From the NCBI GenBank assembly GCA_963830915.1, contig CAWHOE010000019.1, positions 1-64,000 of the forward strand: 64,000 nt of DNA, read 5' to 3'. The notes beneath the pieces were generated by a model. It ran no database searches. It was not told the origin of the DNA and saw nothing but the letters and a program-made list of their open reading frames with translations. Numbering within the stretch: position 1 is the stretch's first letter; every line of letters begins with the position of its first letter. This document shows positions 1-8,243 of this stretch, in pieces. Position numbers and translations under genes: made by a program. This DNA comes from a candidate division FCPU426 bacterium (GTDB lineage: Bacteria > Oederibacteriota > Muellerivitia > Muellerivitales > Muellerivitaceae).

Positions 1-405
1 TTCTATGAGGACCGGGGGGACGAGATCAGGGCCAAGCTCACGCCCAAGTCCGGTGTCCAAGCGCTTCTGAAGGAAGAGGATGAATACCAGAAATCCTACC
101 GACAGTACCTTTGGGCGCAGGAATGGGACAACATCGACGCCATGTACCCTTATAACGTAGGCAATGCCCTTTACCATCTGGGCCGAAAATATGAGGCGAC
201 CCAATGGTATGAGAGGGCCACTGCCATGAATCCTCAGTACGCGGAAGCGTTCTTCAATTGGGCCATCACCGATATGGAGATCGGGCAATACCAGAAGTCG
301 GGAGAGCTGTTCCAAAAGGTCATCGATCTAAAGCCCGATTATCCCGACGCCAAAAGGGGATTGGATTACTTGAAGACGCAGGGTGTTTTTCATCCGGCAT
401 CCTAA
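1..405 (+). CDS. TPR-repeat protein, C-terminal part (5' truncated by window)
   Basis: Frame is open from base 1 into the 142..405 ORF. TPR-like helices YNVGNALYHLGRKYEATQWYERA and AEAFFNWAI...FQKVIDLKPDYPDA. Confidence 0.8.
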   Translation, partial: FYEDRGDEIRAKLTPKSGVQALLKEEDEYQKSYRQYLWAQEWDNIDAMYPYNVGNALYHLGRKYEATQWYERATAMNPQYAEAFFNWAITDMEIGQYQKSGELFQKVIDLKPDYPDAKRGLDYLKTQGVFHPAS

Positions 406-416
406 GGAAAGGGACG

Positions 417-2285
417 ATGAAAGAGTTCTATCTACCGACCGGTAACGAGTTTGTCGCCCTTCCGACCATCCGGAGCCGGGACGCGGCCATCGAGCAGATC
501 AATGTCCTCCATATGGGGATGAACGGTCTGCTGGCTTTTTCGGGCGGTTCCGCGCCATTTTTAAAACCCCGGATCACGGTGGACGGCCAGGAACTATCCT
601 TGGACGGCCTACTTTTATGGGAGAGAGAAGGGGATTGGCTTCCGAAGTTCTCCTTTAAGGACGAAAGGCTAGCGGTAGAGGGGCTGTATTTTTGCCCCGT
701 TGGAGAGCGGGGTTTTGTGCTCTCGATGAGGGTTTCCAACCTTTCCCTTAGGACCCTCGCTTGCGGCCTATCGGTGGACCTGTGCTGGTCCCAGTTTCTG
801 TACAGCATCAACGTGACCAAACCCCTGAGGGGCGACCGGTTCCTGGTCTCCAAGACGTGGGAAAACATGCCGGCCTTCGAATTCCGTTGTCCCGCGCCCC
901 TGGTCTCCCTGGCGCCTTATCCTCCCGACCTTTCCAGCCGGTTCCTTTTCAAGTTGGGCGACCAGACCTTGAGCCCTTCGGAACGGGAAACCCTAATGGA
1001 AGAGGGAAAGACGATGGCCCTTCAGTGGCAACAATCGCGGGAGATCAAGACGAGTGAAAGTTGGACAGGTTATTTTTACTTCGGCTTAGGGCAAGATGAG
1101 ATCGGCGCTTTCGCCTCCGCGAGGGAATTGCAAAGGACCGGAGGGGAAACCCTGCGTTCGTCGACCATCCAGTGGCTAGCGGACAGGCGACGACAGTCCC
1201 AGGTCCGGGAAGTCGAAGGGATGATGAACCTGAACGCCTTCTTCAACCGCTTCTACGCCACCGGCGTCACACTGGATACGGAAGAAACGGTTTGCCTGAC
1301 TTCCCGCAGCCCCCGCTATTATGTGAGCGGGGCTTACTGGGACCGGGACAGTTTGCTCTGGTCCTTTCCCTCCATCCTTTCGCTGGACCCGCCCTGGGCC
1401 AAGAAAGTCCTGGAATACGCTTTTACCAGACAGGCCAAGAATTTCGGGGTCCACAGCCGATACCTTTCGGGCGCAGTGTTGGAGCCGGGGTTCGAGCTGG
1501 ATGAACTTTGCGCTCCGGTCATCGCGCTCAAGAATTACATCGAACAAACCGATGATAGGGATTTTCTCCTTAAACCCGAGACCCTGGCCGGATTGGAAAA
1601 GTTCCAGACCGAACTGTCCAAGTGGAAACATCCCAAGTTTGACCTTTATCAAACCTGGCTTTTACCCTCGGACGATCCTTGGCCCCAAAGAATTGTGACC
1701 TACGACAACGTATTGGTCTGGAGGGCCTTGCTGGACCTGGGGTTCCTCTATCGAAAAAGGCGCGAGCCTGTGAAGGCGCGCGAGTTCGAAACACTGGCTG
1801 TGAGGGTGAAAAAGGATATCTTGAAGCGGTGTATCGCCAAGGGCGCCCAGGGTTCACGGTTCGCTTGGTCGGTGGACCTGGATGGGAAGGAAGATCCTAT
1901 CTTTTACGATGACCCCCCGGGGAGCTTGCTGCTCCTGCCCCATTACGGATTCTGCAAGCGAACCTTTCCGGTCTGGAAAAGGACCAGGGATTGGATCTAT
2001 TCCGAAGAGAACAAATATTCCTTCAAGGGGTGTCCTTTCGAGGAAGTGGGATCGGGTCACGCTCCCCATCCCTGGGTCTTGAGCGCGGTGAACAGCTTGT
2101 TGGCGGGAGAAAAGGCAAGGGCACTGAATTTCCTCAAGCGCTCCAAGATGGACCATGGTTTGGCTTGCGAGTCAGTGGATGAGAATACCGGCGAGCCCGC
2201 GACCGGGGAGGCTTTCGCCACTTGCGCTGGGTTCCTGGCCTATGGTTTATGGTGTATTTTGGGAAAGAAGAATAATTGCCGCTGA
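417..2285 (+). CDS. GH125-like six-hairpin glycoside hydrolase (alpha-mannosidase-like)
   Basis: Motifs YWDRDS, FELDELC, LLPSDDP, YDDPPGSLLLLP and ACESVD parallel GH125 WLRDS/EVDS/RPSDD/DDAN/HES. ATG 417 follows AAGGAAAGGG and avoids overlap with the TPR gene. Confidence 0.75.
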   Translation: MKEFYLPTGNEFVALPTIRSRDAAIEQINVLHMGMNGLLAFSGGSAPFLKPRITVDGQELSLDGLLLWEREGDWLPKFSFKDERLAVEGLYFCPVGERGFVLSMRVSNLSLRTLACGLSVDLCWSQFLYSINVTKPLRGDRFLVSKTWENMPAFEFRCPAPLVSLAPYPPDLSSRFLFKLGDQTLSPSERETLMEEGKTMALQWQQSREIKTSESWTGYFYFGLGQDEIGAFASARELQRTGGETLRSSTIQWLADRRRQSQVREVEGMMNLNAFFNRFYATGVTLDTEETVCLTSRSPRYYVSGAYWDRDSLLWSFPSILSLDPPWAKKVLEYAFTRQAKNFGVHSRYLSGAVLEPGFELDELCAPVIALKNYIEQTDDRDFLLKPETLAGLEKFQTELSKWKHPKFDLYQTWLLPSDDPWPQRIVTYDNVLVWRALLDLGFLYRKRREPVKAREFETLAVRVKKDILKRCIAKGAQGSRFAWSVDLDGKEDPIFYDDPPGSLLLLPHYGFCKRTFPVWKRTRDWIYSEENKYSFKGCPFEEVGSGHAPHPWVLSAVNSLLAGEKARALNFLKRSKMDHGLACESVDENTGEPATGEAFATCAGFLAYGLWCILGKKNNCR

Positions 2286-2381
2286 TTTATTCCTAGAATT
2301 ATTCGGGACTTATATGCAACCAAGCGTCTCCATCCAAACCAAAAGATCGGTCCTCCGGGACCAACAGCCCTTCGAATTGGA

Positions 2382-2483
2382 ATGAAAAGAGTCGGGCTGA
2401 AACACGAGGGCCTCTTACGAAAGAACATCTTTCAAAAAGGTAAATGGCGGGATACCTATATGTTCGCTACTGTTTTGCGTTGA
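2382..2483 (+). pseudogene. Remnant C-terminus of a RimJ/RimL-type GNAT acetyltransferase
   Basis: Translates MKRVGLKHEGLLRKNIFQKGKWRDTYMFATVLR*, matching the RimL-type C-terminal G.K.EG.LR.....G.W.D pattern. No N-terminal half is present. Confidence 0.55.
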
Positions 2484-2584
2484 GCGTTCAGCGGGCGGGA
2501 AGAGCGGGAAGCGGGTCTTTTCCAGGCCATAAACAGGGCTTTGACCTCTCTAACCCCGGAAAATTGGCTTAAACCCCTGATAAA

Positions 2585-2596
2585 TTATGGTAAACT
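2585..2596 (+). promoter_or_regulatory. Putative extended -10 promoter TTATGGTAAACT
   Basis: TG-n-TAAACT about 48 nt upstream of ATG 2644. An identical 12-mer lies at 6682-6693. Confidence 0.4.
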
Positions 2597-2643
2597 TACC
2601 GGGCTGTTTTTCCCCCAATATCAAAAAGACTTAAGGAGATGTC

Positions 2644-3654
2644 ATGGCAACTGCCAAAAAGAAAAACGCCAAGAAGGCCGCCTCCAAGGGCAAAGCCTCC
2701 AAAGCCAACCTAAAAAAGAACAAAAAGACCCTATTGGTCACGCTGGGCGTGATCATCGGCATCATTGTTCTGGCCGAACTGGCGACCGTTGGGATGAGCC
2801 AATTGACCGCGCCGGCCAATTATTACGTCCAGATCACCCAGTCCTTCAGCGGGGACACCCAGGCTTGCGGGGCTTTCCGGCCATGGGACATGACGGCGGG
2901 CAAGGATTATATCGCCGTTTCGGACCAGTCCAATAAACGCATCCTGGTATTCGACCAACAGGGACAGCTGAAGAACCAAATCGATGAGAAGGCCGCGGGA
3001 GCCCAAGGCTTAAGGGAGATATCCTGCATTACTCACGACACCCAAGATGACCTCTTCGTCATCCAACCCTGGTCGGGATTGATCCTGGGGTTCACCCTCT
3101 CGGGCAAGCATCTTTCGGACGTGGACCTCAACAACAAAGGTTTCTACGGCCCCCGGGGTCTGGCCTGGGATAACGGGAATTTTGTGGTCGCCGACACGGG
3201 AAGTCACCGGCTTGTATCCGTTGGCCCGGATGGTTCCGTCCTGAAGGCTTGGGGCCAGCATGGCTCGGGCAAGGGCAATTTCAGCAACCCCAACGCGGTG
3301 GCGGTGGACCCTCAGGGCAACCTGTACGTGTCCGATTCGGATAACCAACGTATCCAATGTTTGGACCCGAAAGGCGTTTTCATCCGCAATTACGATGTGG
3401 GTGTGCCGGTGGGCAAGGTAGCGCTGGATGCCCAGGGCAAGGTTTACGCCGTGGGAGCGGAAGGCAACTTCGTGAAGGTGTTCGAAAACAACGGGAAGGT
3501 GTTGGGCAAGCTGGTGGATGTGGCCCACCCAACCGAACCCATCTCCGGGGTCAGTTCCATCGCGTTGCTATCGGATGGAAGGATCCTGTTGGGCCGGGGA
3601 GGAGAGATACTCACCCTCCATACGGCGCCTCCGCCCGCCACCGCCAAGAATTAG
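2644..3654 (+). CDS. Membrane-anchored NHL-repeat beta-propeller protein
   Basis: AAGGAG RBS, Lys-rich N-tail, one TM helix, NHL motifs (FYGPRGLA..VADTGSHRL, FSNPNAVAVDPQGNLYVSDSDNQRIQ). Confidence 0.9.
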   Translation: MATAKKKNAKKAASKGKASKANLKKNKKTLLVTLGVIIGIIVLAELATVGMSQLTAPANYYVQITQSFSGDTQACGAFRPWDMTAGKDYIAVSDQSNKRILVFDQQGQLKNQIDEKAAGAQGLREISCITHDTQDDLFVIQPWSGLILGFTLSGKHLSDVDLNNKGFYGPRGLAWDNGNFVVADTGSHRLVSVGPDGSVLKAWGQHGSGKGNFSNPNAVAVDPQGNLYVSDSDNQRIQCLDPKGVFIRNYDVGVPVGKVALDAQGKVYAVGAEGNFVKVFENNGKVLGKLVDVAHPTEPISGVSSIALLSDGRILLGRGGEILTLHTAPPPATAKN

Positions 3655-3675
3655 TCGAACGTTCCATCCTGAAAT

Positions 3676-3714
3676 AAAAAAGCCCGCGCCCCTCAAGGGA
3701 CGCGGGCTTTTTTT
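3676..3714. terminator. Bidirectional intrinsic terminator
   Basis: AAAAAAGCCCGCG-cccctcaaggga-CGCGGGCTTTTTTT between convergent genes. Confidence 0.9.
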
Positions 3715-3720
3715 GTTGGC

Positions 3721-6456
3721 TTACCTTACTTCCGCTAAAACCTCAGGCGTCAGGACTGTCAGGCGGTTCTCACCCGGTTTTTCCCAGAGTAGATTGGCGT
3801 AGGACCAGCCGCCTGTGATGGACCCTTCCATCTCCATGACATGGCTGCCCTTGGCCAGGTAAGCGGTGCCCATGATATTGGCCGAGGGGAAAACCTGCTT
3901 GTGGTCGATGATCAATTTACCCTGTCCGGTGGATTGGAACAGGAAACCATAAAGCCCTGTCGCGGGAGCCTTCAGGACCGCCGACCAATGGATAGTCAGG
4001 GGATAGGCCATATAGGTGAAGTCGTTCCCGTTCACGAAATTGATGACCGGTTCCCATTCCACCAGGGCGGGTGTCCCCTTCGCCTCCACGGAGTTATAAA
4101 AAGACACTTTGAAGCCGCGGTAAGGTGTCAGGGTGGTGAAGTTGGACGGACCCAGACGCAGGATGCGCCCGTTCGAGACCGTGGCCGTGATCTCCGGCCC
4201 CTTATTGCTGGGCATATCCAGGACAAATCGGACAGGGTGAAAGCCCCGGCAAAGCTTGAAGCTGGCTTGAGGAGTCACTCTTTTCCCGTCGATCCACCAT
4301 TGGATCGAACCAGTTCCTTCGGCCTTGAAACGGTAGGTACCGATCCCGGCGGCGGTATCATCTATATAAAGAGAACCGGCCAGTTCCCCATGGAATGGTC
4401 CTTTCGGCAATAGGTTGGGGAATTGGGGAGCCTGGGTGATGGTTCCGCCGGTGGACTGGCTATTCAATCCCCGGGCTTTATCCACCTCCGAGGCGGGAAC
4501 GACGTAGAAATAAACGATGGGCTGTTTAGCGGGGCTGTAAATATACTCGTCGTGCCCCCCTGGAAAAACCTGTTTCAAGGCGTCCATCACGCCCGTGCGG
4601 CCCTGTTCCAGGGCGAAGAACATTCCCCGCCCAGGCGGCACATCGGCCAGGGAAAGGGATTGGGGGAACCGCAAAGGATGCATATGGTCCTTTTCGGCGT
4701 AACCCAGGAAACTGATGGTGTAATGATTGAAATAACGGGGAGAAATATAGTATTCGTACCCATCTCCCCTTTCCCCAATGGCCTTTCCGATGAAGCTTTC
4801 GGCGGTGGAGAATTCGCCCCAGCTGGCGACGTTGTTGGCCTGCTCAATGAAGTAGGTCTTGTAGTTCTGAACGGCCATGATCGTCAGGGGGAACAGCAAG
4901 AGCAGGGCGAAAACCAGTTCTCCCCTTCCCTTGAACGACGCCCGGATCCGGCCCCAAAGGGCGCCCAGCGGGACAGCGGCCAGGAAACAAATGAAGGGAG
5001 TGGTGCCCATCATGCGGTTGGCGTGGGCGGCATCGGTGGAAAGAAGGCAGGGCAGGGTCATGACCGCCAGGCCCGCCAGGGCGTAGAAATACTTCCTTCG
5101 ATTCACCCGTGACAGGGCGTAAAAAACCCCCAGGAAGAAAAGCACCCCGGTCACATCGTCGAGCATCCGGTGGTCCTGCAGGTTATGACGGGGGTTGGGA
5201 TCGCCACGGCGGTTGAACATGAGGGCGGTGATGGCGGTGTTCTGGATAAGGGGTTGGAGGGAATGTTCGGCCTTGATCTTGGAGACCATGGAGATCTGGT
5301 CCTCCCGGGGACCGACCGACCGCCACTGGACCATCAGCGAGATCAGGGGGGAGGCGATCAGCAGGAAGATCCCGGCGGCGATGGCGATGCTCAACCAATT
5401 GGTCCGGAACTTCTTGAAGTTGGCCACGGCCTCATAGGCCACGTAGAGGACGATGAGGAAGGGGAATATCTTATAGGACTGATAAGTATAAAGTCCCGCT
5501 CCCAGGAAAACGGCCGAGGTGAGGATGGCCCACCTTTTGCCGTTCTGGTAGCCATACAGGAAAAAGGAAATGGACGAGAACATGAAGAAGGGCATCAGTT
5601 CAGTTCGCTGGGAATTCCGGGTGAAATTGACGTTCCAACGCATGACGCTCAGGATGAAAAGGGAGACCAGGGCTACCCGGGGACCGGCCCACTGGCGGTA
5701 GGTCCAATAGATGAAGGGCAGGGAAGCCAGGCCCATGAAGACGGAGAAAAGGGTGAAATGCAGGGCGGTGGGCGAAAGGACCATGAACCAGAGGGCGATG
5801 AGATAGATGAACATGGAGGGATGCTGGTGGGGTTCGGGGATGTAAAAGAAGCGCCAATGCTCATGCAGGACCTTGAGGGCGCCGTACCCGGCGAATCCCT
5901 CGTCGATGAAAAGCCCGGCCGGGATATCCTTGATCTGATAAGTGCGGAAAAAGATGGCGATGAGCATGATGACGGCGAAAGCCACCCACTCCACGCGGGA
6001 CGGGAGTTTCTCCCTCGACAGACCTTCCCGGCGCCAGGGCCAGAAGCCGATGACCAGCAATACCACGGCGGCAAAATAAAGCCACAACCCCGGGGCCAGG
6101 GTCTGGGGGTTGTCCGATTGGATCAACTGGGCTTGTCCCATGGCTCCCAACACGAAGGCTCCCGCCACGCAAAGGGCCAAGGCCCCATCCTTGAGGGAAA
6201 GGATCCTCTTAGGAACACCCGGAAGTGTGGGTGAAAACCCATTGATCAAGGCCAGGATGAGTAGGACCGCCAATAGGGAAAGTGTTATTCCGGTTTTGGG
6301 TGAGGAATGGAACATGAAATACTGGCCAGTTAAAAAGAGGAAGGCCGGAACTAGATAGGCTAAAAAAGGCGGAACTTTAAAGGAACCGGCTTTTTTAACG
6401 CCCTTTTTAGATTTCGCGGAAGAAGCCTTTTTGCGATCGTTGGCCTTTTTCGCCAT
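3721..6456 (-). CDS. GT-C (ArnT/PMT-like, GT39/GT83) membrane glycosyltransferase with C-terminal PA14-like domain(s)
   Basis: Many TM helices, IFFRTYQ..IPAGLFIDEG acidic loop, GDPNPRHN, PA14-like C-terminus (WSAVLKAPATGLYGF...LAKGSH). Start MAKK at 6456 follows AAGGAG. Confidence 0.85.
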   Translation of the reverse strand: MAKKANDRKKASSAKSKKGVKKAGSFKVPPFLAYLVPAFLFLTGQYFMFHSSPKTGITLSLLAVLLILALINGFSPTLPGVPKRILSLKDGALALCVAGAFVLGAMGQAQLIQSDNPQTLAPGLWLYFAAVVLLVIGFWPWRREGLSREKLPSRVEWVAFAVIMLIAIFFRTYQIKDIPAGLFIDEGFAGYGALKVLHEHWRFFYIPEPHQHPSMFIYLIALWFMVLSPTALHFTLFSVFMGLASLPFIYWTYRQWAGPRVALVSLFILSVMRWNVNFTRNSQRTELMPFFMFSSISFFLYGYQNGKRWAILTSAVFLGAGLYTYQSYKIFPFLIVLYVAYEAVANFKKFRTNWLSIAIAAGIFLLIASPLISLMVQWRSVGPREDQISMVSKIKAEHSLQPLIQNTAITALMFNRRGDPNPRHNLQDHRMLDDVTGVLFFLGVFYALSRVNRRKYFYALAGLAVMTLPCLLSTDAAHANRMMGTTPFICFLAAVPLGALWGRIRASFKGRGELVFALLLLFPLTIMAVQNYKTYFIEQANNVASWGEFSTAESFIGKAIGERGDGYEYYISPRYFNHYTISFLGYAEKDHMHPLRFPQSLSLADVPPGRGMFFALEQGRTGVMDALKQVFPGGHDEYIYSPAKQPIVYFYVVPASEVDKARGLNSQSTGGTITQAPQFPNLLPKGPFHGELAGSLYIDDTAAGIGTYRFKAEGTGSIQWWIDGKRVTPQASFKLCRGFHPVRFVLDMPSNKGPEITATVSNGRILRLGPSNFTTLTPYRGFKVSFYNSVEAKGTPALVEWEPVINFVNGNDFTYMAYPLTIHWSAVLKAPATGLYGFLFQSTGQGKLIIDHKQVFPSANIMGTAYLAKGSHVMEMEGSITGGWSYANLLWEKPGENRLTVLTPEVLAEVR

Positions 6457-7080
6457 GGTCAGTACTCCTTTAAACGGGGAAGATGGACGACTTATGGAAA
6501 AAGTTCTTGAAAAACCCCTATAAAGCATTTTAGAGGCCGTTTGGAACGGCGTTTTCAGGGGAGAAGAAACCCGTTTACTTTACTTGAATCCTCAAAGGCT
6601 CGCCAACAAAATTCCTGATTCTAGCCATTCTCCGTAATGGAATTGATCCAGAGAGCCTGGCAACCGCAAAGGTTAGAAATTTTATGGTAAACTCTCATCT
6701 TTGAAAGGGATGGCCTTTGGACCGATCCGGGAGAAGGACGATTTTTGGCTTTAAAAAAAGGAAAAATGATGTTTTTAAACCCTTCGCATTGGAAAATTTA
6801 TTGGTGGTCATAGGCCAGTTGATATATGCTACTGCCTTGAATTAAAGGCTTAATCGTTTTTTGCCAGCTTTTACGTTAGACCGTCCCTTTCTAGTCTCAA
6901 CGATCGACTGGACGGTCCCGAAAGCTTGAAATTCAAGAGGAATTACCCTTCATCCTCTGTTTTTATATGGAAATGGTTGTTTCTAGGTGGGACAGAAGGT
7001 TCTATCCAAGGACTATTTCCCCAGGGACGTGAGTATTTAAGGTCCGAGTGGCCGTTCAAATCTAAAATTCTGGAGGCATC

Positions 7081-8121
7081 ATGGCATCTCGTAAAAAAAC
7101 CGTCAGGAAAAAGGCGTCCGTTGGATCCCCATCCAAATCGGTCGCCCCTCCCCCATCCGTTCAGGGTGCCGAAGCCGCCCAAGGAAAGGGAATGATCCGG
7201 GTCCTGATCGCGATCGCGGTCGTGGTTTGCGTTTATCTGGCTTTCAGCTCTTCCCATATGGATTTCCATGTGAAGGCGTCCGGACCGACCAAGTTCTTCA
7301 AGGTCCACAGTCTTCCCATGATCGCCGGGGATAACGCGGCTAGCAAGGTCTTCAACGCCTGGGGCGTTGCCGCCATCGGCAAGGAAAAAGTGGCTGTTTC
7401 CGATATCGACAACAACCGCATCCTGATCTTCAGCCGCAAGGGGAAGTTCCTCAAAGGCTGGGGCAAGCATGGCACTGGGCCGATGGAATTCATCGAACCC
7501 TCCGGTATGTGCGCCGACAACAAGGGCAACGTTTGGGTCATGGACCCCTTCAACGGGGCCATCAAAGGTTTCAATGAGAACGGCAAACCGGTCGGAAGCA
7601 TTTCCTTGAACAACAAAGGCTTCTTCGGACCCAGGGGCGTGGCTTTTGACGGACAGTATTTCATCGTGGCCGACACGGGCAACCCCCGGGTCGCTTTGGT
7701 CAACCCCGCGGACGGGAACGTCATCGCCAGCTGGGGCCATCGGGGCAAGGGGTCGGGCGAGTTTTCCGAGTTCAGCGGTATCGCCGCGGACAACAAGGGC
7801 AATTACTTCGTGGCTGACGGCGCCAATAACCGTCTCCAATGGCTCAACAAGAATGGCGAAGTCCTCAAGATCATCAAGTTCGACAGCAACGTGGGTACCG
7901 CCGCGGTGGACAAGGAAGGCCGGTTCTACGTTTCCTTGGGAAGCATCGTGAAGGCCTACAGCCCGACCGGCGATTATCTGGGAGACTTGCGCGACGAGAA
8001 TGGTTCCGCGCCCAATATTTCCGTGGTGCAGGGCATGACGGTCAGTGAGGATGATGTGCTCATCATGACCAGCCGTTCTGGGATCGCGATGAGCCAGCTC
8101 CCGGCGGTCGGGGCGCCCTGA
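7081..8121 (+). CDS. Membrane-anchored NHL-repeat beta-propeller protein (paralog of 2644)
   Basis: GGAGG RBS, basic N-tail, TM helix. Shares LNNKGF(F/Y)GPRG and WG..G.G.GEF NHL motifs with 2644. Confidence 0.9.
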   Translation: MASRKKTVRKKASVGSPSKSVAPPPSVQGAEAAQGKGMIRVLIAIAVVVCVYLAFSSSHMDFHVKASGPTKFFKVHSLPMIAGDNAASKVFNAWGVAAIGKEKVAVSDIDNNRILIFSRKGKFLKGWGKHGTGPMEFIEPSGMCADNKGNVWVMDPFNGAIKGFNENGKPVGSISLNNKGFFGPRGVAFDGQYFIVADTGNPRVALVNPADGNVIASWGHRGKGSGEFSEFSGIAADNKGNYFVADGANNRLQWLNKNGEVLKIIKFDSNVGTAAVDKEGRFYVSLGSIVKAYSPTGDYLGDLRDENGSAPNISVVQGMTVSEDDVLIMTSRSGIAMSQLPAVGAP

Positions 8122-8243
8122 GAAGTTCCCGGCTCTTGTTGGAATATCCATCCGCTGTTTTGACCATGCCCGTGACAGGTTCTCCCGAACCCGAACGGGC
8201 ATTCTTTTGATGGGACGCTATTTCTCGTAAGGATGAATCCCTG

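Noticed and set aside
258..416. N-terminal extension of the GH125-like ORF
   Set aside because: Overlaps the TPR gene, and ATG 417 has a better RBS.
6645..6685. SAM-I riboswitch-like words (ATCCAGAGAG...GGCAACC...AAGGT)
   Set aside because: The P2/kink-turn segment and P1 pairing are missing, and there is no sulfur-metabolism context.
3841..8202. Long antisense ORFs (e.g. 5170..6234 +, 6943..8202 -) and similar ones throughout the window
   Set aside because: Shadow frames of GC-rich genes with no recognisable motifs.
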